Origin: the human T2T-CHM13v2.0 reference genome, Homo sapiens
Assembly: GCF_009914755.1 (NCBI RefSeq)
Contig: NC_060945.1
Reading direction: 5' to 3' (one strand)
Length of the DNA stretch: 64,000 bases
The position numbers and the translations under genes were made by a program. Shown here one piece after another: positions 14,240 to 26,256 of the stretch. Within the stretch, counting starts at the first letter, position 1. Each line of letters opens with the position of its first letter. Under the pieces are notes generated by a model. The model worked only from the letters and a program-made list of their open reading frames with translations. It was not told where the DNA came from and did not search any database.

Positions 14240-15230
14240 TTTGGACCTCAAGTTATTTTATTAGCTAAAGAGGATTTATTTCTTTTTAATTTTAAATGTG
14301 TGATGTTTAATGACAATAAAAATAACAATAAAATTAATAGAAATTGTATTTGTATTCAAAATCCAGCCAGACACTTAAATCGCAAAACCAGTTCCTCTCC
14401 TGTTAAAAATTGTTTTTGACACTGGTATTCCACCATATAGTAAAACATAAACTGAAAGTTTTGTATTTATTTTTAAATAAATATAAGGCTGCTTTTAATT
14501 TATTTATTAATGTGGCATATAAACTGTTTTTTAAAAAAGATTAAATTACATAGCAAATATTGGAAATGGCTTGCTCTTGTTTAATAGAGCTCAGAGTATT
14601 TTGCAAAATTAAAGTGTTGAATAACCCCATGTTCTGGGAGTGTATTACAGTTTCAGAGAAGACAGCATCTTTAATCTGCTGTGGTGCGGAAAGTGCTTCA
14701 ATTCCACTTGGGGACTTTAATTCATACGTATGTCAGCATTGTCAATTAATGCTGACATTTGGTAACATGATTATAAATACGATTTACATATTCTATTATT
14801 TTTTCATTGTTATCAATAGAATAGCTTACTATTCAAATTGTTATTTTCCTGTTTTTAAGACAGGAAGAAGCCTCATTGTTATAGTAGCAGATATTTCAGA
14901 AAAAAAAAATAAGACTGCATTATACACACTCATTGATCTAATTGATTTTTCTTTCAGAAATGTAAAAGTGTGAAAAATGTACATATTAGAAATAAGAAAA
15001 TGTGGCAATAAGAAAAGAAACGGTGTCTTTTCATGATAGTTTCTTTTTTATTACACATTAAGAAAAATCAAATAGGAAAAGCTTGAGGAAAATCTCCAAA
15101 ATAAATACTTGGTGAACTATTTCTCTCTCCTTGGTCCCCACCACATATTCTTTAATTTTATTTACTTTTTGTTCCTCCAGTCAAACTCCCGCTGTGAGGC
15201 AACAAATAAACTATAAGACTATGAGGAAAG

Positions 15231-15673
15231 TGCTATGGAATATGGTTTGTTGGTCCCCACCAAAACTCATGTTGAAAATTAGTCCCAATGTGATAATGTT
15301 AGTTAGTGGGGCCTAGTGGGAGATTTGTAAGTAAAGGAGGCTGATCCCTCATGAATGACTTGATGCTGTTCTTGCGGTAGTGAATGAGTTCTCGCTGTTG
15401 CGAGATTGGATTATCTTGGGAATGGATGAGTTCCTGTGATAGCGTGCTGTTACACAGCCAGGACATCCTTCAAGGTTTTCCCTCTTCACTCATCTGCTTC
15501 TTTTCTGACCTTCTTTCCCATCCAGTGATGCAGCATGAAAGTCCCCGCCAGAACCCAGGGTCATGCCCTTGATCTTCTCAGCCTGCAGAACTGCAAGCTA
15601 AATAAACCTCTTTTATTTATAAATTACCCAGTCTCAGATATTCTTTCATAGCAACACAAAACGGACTAAGACA
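15231..15673 (+). mobile_element. MSTB/MSTC MaLR solo LTR
   Basis: TGCTATGG...AGCAACACAAAACGGACTAAGACA; AATAAA in the R region; near-TSD GAAAG/GGAAG. Confidence 0.88.
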
Positions 15674-15837
15674 GGAAGCAAACACAACTGCATTTTTTTA
15701 AGCAACAGTAAAGTATTTGGAGTTTTAACAAGAAACTGTGGAATACTTACTTTCCTTCTTTTGAGATCCTAGATCACTTTTATCATTTAAGGTGGGGAAC
15801 ATGTAGCTCCACTTTGTTTCACTTGGTTTTCAAATTC

Positions 15838-15866
15838 TGTGTGTGTGTGTATGTGTGTGTGTGTGT
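15838..15866. repeat. (TG)n microsatellite, interrupted
   Basis: Seen directly. Confidence 0.9.
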
Positions 15867-16097
15867 TTACATCAGGGAATATATAAGAAAACAGTAGTCG
15901 CTCTCAATGACTCAGAATTATACAGGCAATATAATTGTGAGTTTCTTTCTAGTATTAACCTATTACCAAAGAAACACAGATTTATCTGTCTTATTTGGAA
16001 GGGAAGGTAAAAATATTTGCTACAAATACGTATCTATATATTTACATGGCATCATACTATCTCAGTCAATATTATTATTATCATCATCATCATCATT

Positions 16098-16871
16098 ATT
16101 TTTACATTAAGTTTCACTTTTGATGTTGTACATATTCTGTGGGTTTGGACAAATGTATAATGACATGTATCTGTCATTACATTGTTATGCAGAGTATTTT
16201 CAGTGCTCTAAAATTTCTTTGTACTCTGCCTAATTATTCCTTCTTCCCCCTCACCTCCTGGTACTCACTGTTCTATTTACCATAGTTTTGACTATTCCAT
16301 AATGTCATATCTTTGGAATCATAAATATGAAGCCTTTTCAGATTGGCTTCCTTCACTAAGTAACATGCATGTAAGTTTCCTCCATGTTTTTTCATTGCTT
16401 GATAGCTCATTTAATTTTAGTGCTGAATAATATTTCATTATTGACCCATTCTGCCACAGTTTATCCATTCACGTACTGAAGGACATCTTGATTGCTTGTA
16501 AGTTTCGGCAATCATGAATAAAGCTGCTAGAAACATCCATGTGCAGGATTTTAGGTGGGCATACATTTTTAACTCCTTTGGATAAATACCAAGGTCCAAT
16601 CATATGGTAAGAGTGTATTTAGTTTTATAAGTAACTTCCAAACTCTCTTCCAAAGTGGTTATAACGTTTCACATTTTTCCAGCAAAGAACGATTGTTCTT
16701 TCTGTTCTACATCCTCACTAGCACTTGGTGTTGTCACTGTCTTGGATATGGACCATTCTAATAAACATGGAGTGGTATCTCATTGTTGTTTGAGTGTGCA
16801 TTTCTCCAATGGTGTAAAATGTTGAGCATCTTTTCATATGCTTATTTACCACCTGTATATCTTTGGTGAGG
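16098..16871 (-). mobile_element. L1MC-type LINE-1 3' end fragment
   Basis: GGGTTTGGACAAATGTATAATGACATGTATC, CCTTTTCAGATTGGCTTCCTTCACT, GAAGGACATCTTGATTGCTT, GAGCATCTTTTCATATGCTTATT. Confidence 0.8.
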
Positions 16872-18162
16872 AATATTTTTAACTAGGAAATATATTTACT
16901 TCATTTAATCCAAAAATGTATTAAAGGATCTTGGGTAGTTTATTTCTAAGAGGGACAAATGATTATCACAGAGGAGTACATGTGTGTTCTCTCTGTGTCA
17001 TTATGGACACCAAATATGGGGTTTTGTGTCCAGTGCTTCTATCACTACCACTCCTGGGTCTCCACCTCACTTCTTGAAAGTATTTGATTACAAATAACAC
17101 TGGGTTATTTGACTTTCTGCTGAATTGGAATTTTTAGTGGAAACCTCCAAATGGCAGCTCCTAGATCATATGCCTAGCTCCTAGATGCAAAAGAGTCTAC
17201 AACAGGTAATTATGCCTTCCATGTTGGGAAATAGGAATGGAAATTTGAGACACATTCAGATTTCAAAATGACATTAAAAAGAAAATAGGCTTCCACAAGC
17301 ATCTGCTGTCTATCCCTTTATATGTGCATAACTAGCTATGTCCTACTTCCAATGACCAGGCCTTTTGGTTGTTGATTCCATACTGTTCAGGTCTCTGTCA
17401 AGTATTATTTGTGGTTGACTTGTCTCTTAACTCTCTACTATTGTGGATGTTTCTGGTGCCTCAGTCTTTTAGTTTTTATTGGACAGGTCTTGCAAAAGGC
17501 TACGCAGTGGTGACATCAGCTTCCACTCAGTTTTGTAGGGTTTCCCAGACAGTGACTTTGAAGGAAAGACTGACACATTATCACATACAAAATATTATCC
17601 TGAAAATCCTGAAGTAATAGTGGAATTATGTTTTAGTGTATAAAATTATGGAATGTGGGTTCCTATCCTCAAACAGTCTAACTCTAAAAGAAACAACAGA
17701 ATATATTAGACTGACAAAAATGAACAGACTCTATACAAAATGATTGGGCTATTTTAGTAAAGACATTCTTTTGTAGATTTTAATAGACAGTTTATAATTT
17801 GTACTCTTGTAGATAATTTTATTATCTGTATTTGCACCTATTTAACATGACACTTTAAAATTACTAAATACTCACCAAAACAGGAAGTGTATCTGTGCAG
17901 TATATTTTAAGGTCTCTTGTAGGTCATTCTTTCTTGAGTAAATAGATTCTGAGATCTCTAAAACTACTACATGTCATTATATTACTAACTGCAAGTGATT
18001 TCTTAGCCATTCCACTACAGAAATGTGGGTTAAAGAAGAAAAATGCTATAGCCTGTTAAACATTATTTCTATAATGTTATGTTACATTCAATATATATAT
18101 TTACTATTTATATCTATTGAATAGATTTAATATAACATGACATTATAGAAATAGTTACAGAC

Positions 18163-18212
18163 ATATATATATATATATATGTATATACACACACACACAC
18201 ACATACATATAT
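18163..18212. repeat. Compound (TA)n(CA)n microsatellite
   Basis: Seen directly. Confidence 0.9.
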
Positions 18213-19143
18213 GTAACTCATAGTAGGCATATGTTGTAAGTAGCTTTAGAAATATTTTATGCTTTCAGAACTTGTTGACCATTACCTTTTAGCTACATAA
18301 TCTAGAAATACTTTTATTGATTTTTTAAAAGTAATCCATCATGATTTGTTGTTCATAAATTTGATTATACAAAAGAGCATTAGTGTCATGAATTGAAGTT
18401 CAGCATTTTGGTGTTTAAATCTGCACAGTTTAAAATGGACTGTTTTCAAAACCAAAGACATATTTCAGATGCATTCCTCCCCGAGGAATGCATGACTTTG
18501 CATAGCAATGGATTTATAGGAGATCATGGAATAACTAAAGGCTTTAAACAACTCCTTGTTTTTCTTTACTAACTTCTGGCATTAAAGACACTCAATACAT
18601 TTAAGATAGTCCCTGGTACTTCCGATAATCTCGTAGCAAGTTTATTTATTCAAATTTTTAGTGAACCCTCTCCAACAAAATATAGCCGATCATATGTTTT
18701 AATGACTTTTAATGGATAATCATTGATTAATAAAATGCCTTCACCACAATATTATCAAGACTATAAAAATGATTTAAGTATGAAGAATTGGGACCAGGGA
18801 GTTGTAAAAATATATTTTTCTATCAAAACAAGGACTGAAAAATTTCTTCTTTAGTTACATGGATGTATCTTAAAATACATTCAGCTTTACTAATACCAAA
18901 CAGATTTACTAAAACTCACACCAATTTCTAACACACACACATGCCCACACACTCAAACAACACTCATATCAGATGAAAACTGTGAAAAATGAAATAAACC
19001 AGTCATATTTAAGCATAGTCAAGTCAATAAGTTAGAAAGAGATTATTGCTGGAAAAGCCTGATTCATGTTTGATGATTGATCATACTGTCAACGAAACAA
19101 GATTATTTGATCTTCCACTGATAACTAACATAACATGAGCCTA

Positions 19144-19170
19144 TGTGTGTGTGTGTGTGTGTGTGTGTGT
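19144..19170. repeat. (TG)13 microsatellite
   Basis: Perfect run. Confidence 0.95.
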
Positions 19171-21904
19171 ATTACCTAATATTTTCATGCCAACTTTCTG
19201 CTCATTTGGCATGTATAATCATATACAATGTAGAAGTAAAAAACCTATTTTGCTTTTCATTCAACATACCGCAAGTTAATGGTACATATTAGTAATTTTA
19301 TTAATTTGTTGGTACAAATTCTGCCAATTCATGTTTATAGTTGATATTTCTGTTCAATACTTTTCGTAACTAAAATACAATTTAATACAAAACTAATTTT
19401 TGCATATTTTCTGAGTTTCCTTTATTGGCTAACCTGGAAGCATAGTCACAATACTACTATAGAGAGTTTGTTATTCATAAGATATATTACACAAGGAAGT
19501 ACTTAATAAGAAAGTTTAGCTTCTGAAATAGTTAAAAGAGAGAGCTATCTAAAAAGTATGAGGCAAAGAGATGAATAAATATGTATAATATTTTAATATA
19601 TCAAATAGATGGGCCACTAATAAAATCATGTATTCTGTATATAAGTTGTAACGATTTTACTAAGAAGGGTAAGTTTTTATTTTTTAACATATTGGTCTAG
19701 TAAAACATCTATTTGAATTTTTATTTATTCATTATGACACAATCAAAATATTACAAATCACTTAGATATCTTAAATATAGCGTACTTTCAAAAACAAAAA
19801 GGATGTCTATATGCCGTTAATAATTAGACAATTCTAACTTATTTCTATTTGGTTATCTTGAAGATAAGTTTCATTTTCTTTATTCTAAGAACATACTGGT
19901 TCATTTAACTGCATTCTGTTCTATCAATCATGTTGCTGAAAGTAGTCATTTTCTTATTTCAATTGCTTCTGGAAATCATATTTTATAAAAACTCAGATAC
20001 ATGTTTCACATGAGTATTGGTGGTAAGAGTGGTTAATAAGCCTGTCAGTTAGGTAAGCCCAAGTGATTTGGTCTGCATTAAAACAAACAAATAGGAAGTT
20101 TAGAAGCAGTGGTAGCAGCCTTTGGTTGTCTTATTTCTTATTTCTTGATTGCTGTTTTATTTCTCTCTGTCAGTAAATGACTTCCATTCTTTCAGCATTC
20201 TCTATTTCATTACTCAAGTCTCTGTTTTCTACTTTCTCTTTCCAGTACCCGAACAGCAGAGAAGACAGTGTTGGAAAAGCTAGCATTGTTATTAGTCTAA
20301 ATATTTTATTGAACAAGGGCTGGTAGAATATTTTGAAGGAGCACAAGCTATAATAAATCATGGCATCTACCAATGACAGTTTCAAATGAACACGTTCATT
20401 GGGCCAGACAAGTACATCACTAAGAGTGTTATTTACCTCAGGTGCTGACATATAGTGCCAGATGTTGAATTTAAACCCTGACTCAGTGATTGTGGCTGAA
20501 AACTGCATTGGCATTTTAAAAAGCATCTGTTATAAACCCTGATCTGAGTAAGACACAAACCACAGACCTTAATGCAGGCAATAACGAATGAGAGTTTAAA
20601 GTGATTACCTTGGCAAGTTCAGAAAGCATGAAGGCTGAGGTCAACTCAGAGTATGGAACATGTTCCTGTTAAAGGGACGTTTGTGGGGTCACTTTTCTAA
20701 GCACTTTCCCACAGAAGTATGAAAGATGTGTGGATAACTTCTAACTTAGCATTAAATGATATTTTATGAATTTGCAATATTTTTGCACGTGTTTTATTTT
20801 AAAAGATACCCTTATGAGTACTGCAGTTGGACCCCGCAAGAGGAATTTATGAGTTACTGAATAGTCATAAGAGTTGTACACTGCCAGTGAGGATCATTTT
20901 CAATAGGGTAACATGCATGTCATTCGAAGCTGTATATGTAGTTTTGGAAAATAACATATAAAGCCTGATACTAATTATTTACATCAGCAAATAGATTGAC
21001 ATTAAATTAAAAAAATATAGCAGCAGTTCTGTTCTAGAAAATATATAACAAAAAGTAATAAACTAAAAAATAATTAAGCTTTACATAAATAAATTTGATT
21101 TAATATGTTGATATCCATCCACTATAACTGGCATTTTGTCTTTAATTTTAATTAATAATTCTGTACATTTTACACAAAAATATGTTATAAAGAATACTTT
21201 TTATTTTTTATATTTATCATAGTTTATATTTTGATAAAAACATTGAAATTTTGTAAATATGTAAAATTTTATTTGATTTTGTTATTTTAGTTACTCAGTA
21301 GTAAAAAACTCACATGAAAATTTTGATTAAGCAACCTGTTAATCAAATTTTGATTAATAAATCGATAAAATTAGTCAAATTATTACTTTTATCCAATTAA
21401 AAGCAATAAAAAATTTAATTAAGTATAACATGATTATGCATGTCTTTATTTTATTGTTTATTCAGACACTGATAGCTCATCAACTGAATGGTCTGATAGC
21501 CAAAATAAAAATATGTAAGTCATCTTTGCCAATTTCAGCAATATAAAAGCCATTTATTTAAATATATGTATATATTTAATGTAATATTACATAATATTTT
21601 CAAGGTAGTAGAACAGAACATATGTTATTTAAGTTTGTTAAACCAGTTTATTGATTTTAAATATTTAGAGTCTATGAGCCTCCATGTTCTCATTTTAGGA
21701 CCTGAAAGTGTTAAGGTGATCAGAACCAAACCAGCCTATTCACATTTTAACAATGTGACACTTCTATTTCATGAGGAAAGATAAACATGAATGACCTTGC
21801 TTTTCACAATTTCATGAAAAAATATGTTTCACTCCTTTAGTGGTCAAAAATAGGGATTTCAATATCTATAAATCATTACTCTATTTTTTTATCTTAATAT
21901 CGTA

Positions 21905-22335
21905 ATTTAGCTTGGACAACTACAACTCCCCCCAAGAACATAGCTGTTGGAAAGGGTGTGAGCTTATAGGCGACAAGTAATCCCACTATATTTCCTTGCT
22001 TCAGAGATTGGTTCAGGGGTGCTCAAATGAGCTGTCAGAGCCATTGTGATGCAATGAGATTTTGCTGGGACTTTGAGAGAGTGACAGTCCTCTCCTTCCA
22101 AGTATGCAAGGAGCACTGGGACTAATAAAACCCACTACTGAATAGCATAAAAACCTACATAAGCAGCCAACAGAGCCAACAGAAAATATAAAGCATTAAG
22201 ACATGAAGGAAAATTAAGTCCTTTTGTTATTAATATGAGAGTCTTTATAATAATGAGTTTGAAGCCAGCTCTATTATTCCTGGACTTGCCAGTCATGTTA
22301 GCCTTTATAATCTGCTTTGTTTTTGCAAACTCAAC
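21905..22335 (+). mobile_element. Ancient MaLR LTR (MLT1K/L-like)
   Basis: GAGATTGGTTCAGGGGTG...GAGATTTTGCTGGGACT...TGAAGCCAGCTCTATT...CCTGGACTT resembles old MLT1 LTRs. Confidence 0.5.
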
Positions 22336-22919
22336 CATTTCAATTAATGCAATCATAGAGGAGAGAACTATGAAAGAGAGACTTTTACAGTGCTTTTCTA
22401 AATCCCTTAACCACTCTTTCCCCCAACTAGGGGTACAAGTGAGTTATCCAAGGGGATGGTAGGTAAAGGTTACTGCTGATGTTCAGTAGAATCAGTTGGT
22501 TCTGGCTCCCTCTCCCTCTTTCTGTCTCTCCATTTTGCCCATTGAAATTGGTAAGAAGGACTGGACTAGATCTTAAGAAGTAGGAATATACATTATGGCC
22601 CAATGTACTGGCCCTCTGGATTTTCAGTAGGTACATCTGCTAGTAAGTGAACACTTCAGTCTATAGTGCACAGGAACACTGAGAGAGCCACATTTCAGCA
22701 CTGGATTCAAACTACAATCACTAAAATCATTAAAATAAAAAAAAAAAAACCTTTGTAGGACTGAGATTAATTGGAGAGTTTTACAAAGAGTGGGAAGATC
22801 TTTGGGTTAACATTTGAATTAGGACCTGCATGGTCAAAAGTTAACCACCATGTAACAATGAGGATTAAGAATACGTCAGAGGAAATAGTGCCACAACTCT
22901 AAGGTTGAAGTGACCTTGG

Positions 22920-23274
22920 TGATATAGTTTGGCCATGTCCCCACCCAAATCTCATCTTGAATTGTAGCTCCCATAATTCTCTCTTATTGTAGGAGGGACA
23001 CAGTGGGAGATAATTGAATCACAGGGGCAGTTTTTCCCATAGGGTTCTTGTGGTAGTGAATAAGTCTCACGAGGTCTGATGGTTTCAAAAGCGAAATCCC
23101 TTTCACTTGACTCTCATTTTCTCTTGCCTGCTACCATGTAAGGCGTACCTTTCACCTTCTGCCATAATTGTGAGGCCTCCTCAGTCACACGGAACTGTGA
23201 GTCCATTAAACCTTTTTCTTTTGTAAATTGCCCAGTCTCAAGTATATCTTTATCAGTGAAAACGGACTAATACA
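22920..23274 (+). mobile_element. THE1 (A/B-like) MaLR solo LTR
   Basis: TGATATAGTTTGGCCATGTCCCCACCCAAATCTCATCTTGAATTGTAGCTCCC...AAAACGGACTAATACA; near-TSD CTTGG/CTTGA. Confidence 0.93.
23011..23021 (+). promoter_or_regulatory. DUX4-type double-homeodomain motif TAATTGAATCA in the THE1 LTR
   Basis: Exact match to TAAYBBAATCA; occupancy not shown. Confidence 0.45.
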
Positions 23275-23622
23275 CTTGACATACTTGAAGAAGGCATAGA
23301 ATGCCATGCTGGCTGGAACTGTAGATGAGCAGCTAGTAATAAAGAATGAGATCAGAAAGATTGAAGGGGCTCAGATATTTTTTTTTTTTTCAATTGACTG
23401 TCATGTCCCTGTGGGCCAAATGCATCAATCAGAAGCCTGGAGGAAACAAAGTATTCGTATTCTGAACTGAATCTACAATTAGAATACTTCTTATCAATGG
23501 GTATCAAAGGAACAGTTCTACTTCAGCATTCAATAGACATTGCAAATAATAATACATATAGGGTTGTGTGGACTTACAAAAATGGTACAGGAAGAGGGAT
23601 ACATAAGAAAGAGAGTAGTACC

Positions 23623-23981
23623 TGTCTTCATCCTTTTGGGCTGTGGTAACAAAATACCACAAACTGGGTAATTAATAAGCAATTTATTCCTCACGGTTCT
23701 GGAGGCTGGAGGTCCAAGATCAAAGTGCTAACAGATTCAGTGCCTGGTGAGGGCTCACTTTCTGGTTCATAGATGGTAACTTCTAGCTGTGTTCTCACAT
23801 GGTGGAAAGGGCTAGATACATTCCAAGGGTTTCTTTTATAAGGACACCAATTCCATTCATGAGCATTCTTCCCTCATGACCCAATCATTTCCCAAATGCC
23901 TCACCTCCTAGTATCATCATATCAGGTGATTTGGTTTTAACATATTAATTTTGGGGGTACACTAGTATTCAGACCATAGTA
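23623..23981 (-). mobile_element. MLT1A/MSTD-type MaLR solo LTR
   Basis: GTAACAAAATACCACAAACTGGG...TTCTGGAGGCTGGAGGTCCAAGATCAA...ATTCAGACCATAG; near-TSD GTACC/GTATC. Confidence 0.87.
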
Positions 23982-24214
23982 GTATCCATGACTCTTCCTG
24001 ATGAGGGAAGCAAATATTTTGTTTCAAACACTCTAGTCATGAAGCTCCTTTCCTGCCCAATACAGTGTAATATAACATGTTTCAAAGCTGCATTTCAGGC
24101 ACCAGAGAATCAGAATAGAAGATGTCAATCACCCGAATGCAGGGCACTCAGATCACTGACATAGAACAGAGTACAAGTGTTAGGCAACCAATTGACAGTT
24201 GCCTAAAGAAAATA

Positions 24215-26256
24215 CATAATTTACAAAAGTTGCCTTTGGAAATAATCTACAAAATCACAATGGTTTAACTCAACAGAGGTTTATTTCTTTCTTACTTGAA
24301 ATAAAAATTGTTATTCTTGATGAGCAAGAAGTACTTCTCCAAGCAGTAATTCAGGTACCCCAAGTTTTTCTCACCTTTAGTTCCATTGTCTTTAGCGTCT
24401 AGATTTTAATAATTCTGTGCTTATCTGTATCAAGCAAGAGGAGGAAAGAACTAGGAGATTTGCTGGCGACATGTTTCTGCAGACTGGGCCTTAGCGTGGC
24501 ACACATTGCAACATGCATGTTGTACATCCCCACGTAATTGAGACTGAGAATGTGGTATAGCTATGCTTCCAGAAAGAGCAGGTAAAGGGTTTGGAGGTGA
24601 ACACATTGTAGATGACTACAGACTATCCTTCTGGTCAGGAAATATGCTTTACAGAAAAAGCTAATGGACCAAAACATTATTACTGACTCTAGCAACTCTT
24701 CCTACTCCTCTTGTAAAACTGAAATTGATCAAAGAGTGTCTGTTAAACTGTGGCCCTAGTTTTGCAGTTGCTGAATGCTGTCCCATGTCTAATGCAATCT
24801 AAATTTCTCACATCTGACAACATTTTGAATAGTGAGAAATTATTGAAATAAAACTCAGTCTATCTGACCTTTCCCAGTTTAAGCTCTAAATTCTTTGGAA
24901 TACTTTCTGTCTACAGAATAGTCCTCTTGGACTGTCCTCGCATTGCAATGTTTTAATACAAGCTTAATGGCTTCTTTTCCCCATAGATTATACTTTTTTT
25001 GTGTCTGTTTCCACATATGGCTGCACTTGCCATGAGTGTTTGGGAGACTAAGAGCTTTTGTTTTATTTTGTTTTTTTCCTAACACCCCAAAAGCTAAAGA
25101 TATTTATAGTTTAAGTTTGTGTAATTTTTGGACAGGCAATTTTCTTGATTATTAGGATTCTCATTTTTGCTTCTAATCAGACCATGTAAGAGGGATATAC
25201 CCACAATTTGCCTTAGATATAACTTCCAAGCCTGCTTTATTTCCGAAGCCATATCTCATGGTTTCTCATTTTAATGGCAGCTAACTTAAGACTACCCGTG
25301 ACATTAGTTTGTGAGTAGGCAGAGGTACTCTATTAATCTGATCTTTGCAACAGACCTGAGTCCTCATCATCCTCTCCTCCTCCAGTTTCTTTTCAGAGTT
25401 ATCTCTTACTGTTTGGTATCTAAAGGCATTTCCTTTTCCAAAGGCTTCATTGCTCAAAATCTCTAGATGTTTGTTATGCCTTTCTCTCTTTTTCTAGCAA
25501 AACAGCCAATTATTTATTGAAATAGTCACTCCACACAATGCCTTCCTAAAAAAGGACAAATTAAATATCAACACCATTACTCTTTTATAAACCATTTTCC
25601 TCATAACTAAAGTAGTGGCTGTCAGTGTTTCGGTTGTCTTAACGCTAAACAATTTTTCATATTTTAGAAATGTATTGCAGCCTGACTACCCTCCTGGGGC
25701 AAATTTGATATTACATGTATAAACCTTACAGCTGAAAATTTAATAATAATAAAAAAAAACCTGAGTGGCTTATTCATCTGAAGGCCAAATGGAACTGCTT
25801 GATCAAGAGATCCAGGTCCTGATGTTTTTCTTTCTTTCTTTTCTTTTTTTTTTTCTTTTCTTTCTTTTTTTTATTTTTTTGAGACCGAGTCTCGCTCTGT
25901 CGTCCAGGCAGGGGTGTAATCGCATGATCTTGGCTCACTGCAACCTTTGCCTCCCGGATTCAAGTGATTCTCCAACCTTAGCCTCCTGAGTAGCTGGGAC
26001 TACAGGCACTCGCCATCATGCCCAGCTAATTTTTGTATTTTTGTAGAGATGGGGTTTCACCATGTTTTGAACTAATTCAATTTTAGGCTCCAAATTTGTA
26101 TGTATCAAATTAGAAGCAGTAAAGTACATGGCAGATAACTCTGTCAGGTAATTGGTTATGGACACATGTATCTATAAGGGAGGCTTAGAATTATAGTTCT
26201 AGCCGTAAGTCCCAAAAGTGCAAATAGGTTTTGGTGAACACATAGCAGCCTCTGCA
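24215..26256 (-). mobile_element. Degenerate MLT1 (J/K-like) MaLR remnant: LTR-like ends with a putative internal segment
   Basis: LTR-like pieces at ~24215-24610 and ~26090-26256, both ending in GGTGAACACAT; the internal assignment is tentative. Confidence 0.4.
25824..26066 (-). mobile_element. 5'-truncated AluS with T/C-rich tail
   Basis: Antisense right arm plus part of the left arm, ending at GGTTTCACCATGTT. Confidence 0.92.

Larger units (their letters stand above)
22760..23378 (-). mobile_element. L2 fragment split by the THE1 LTR
   Basis: Purine-rich antisense L2-like sequence on both sides (ACATTTGAATTAGGACCTG...; ...GCTGGAACTGTAGATGAG...GAGATCAGAAAG...GGGGCTCAGAT). Confidence 0.5.

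Noticed and set aside
14560-14973. 137-aa ORF as a de novo gene
   Set aside because: Non-ATG first codon, composition typical of AT-rich noise, and no promoter or homology evidence.
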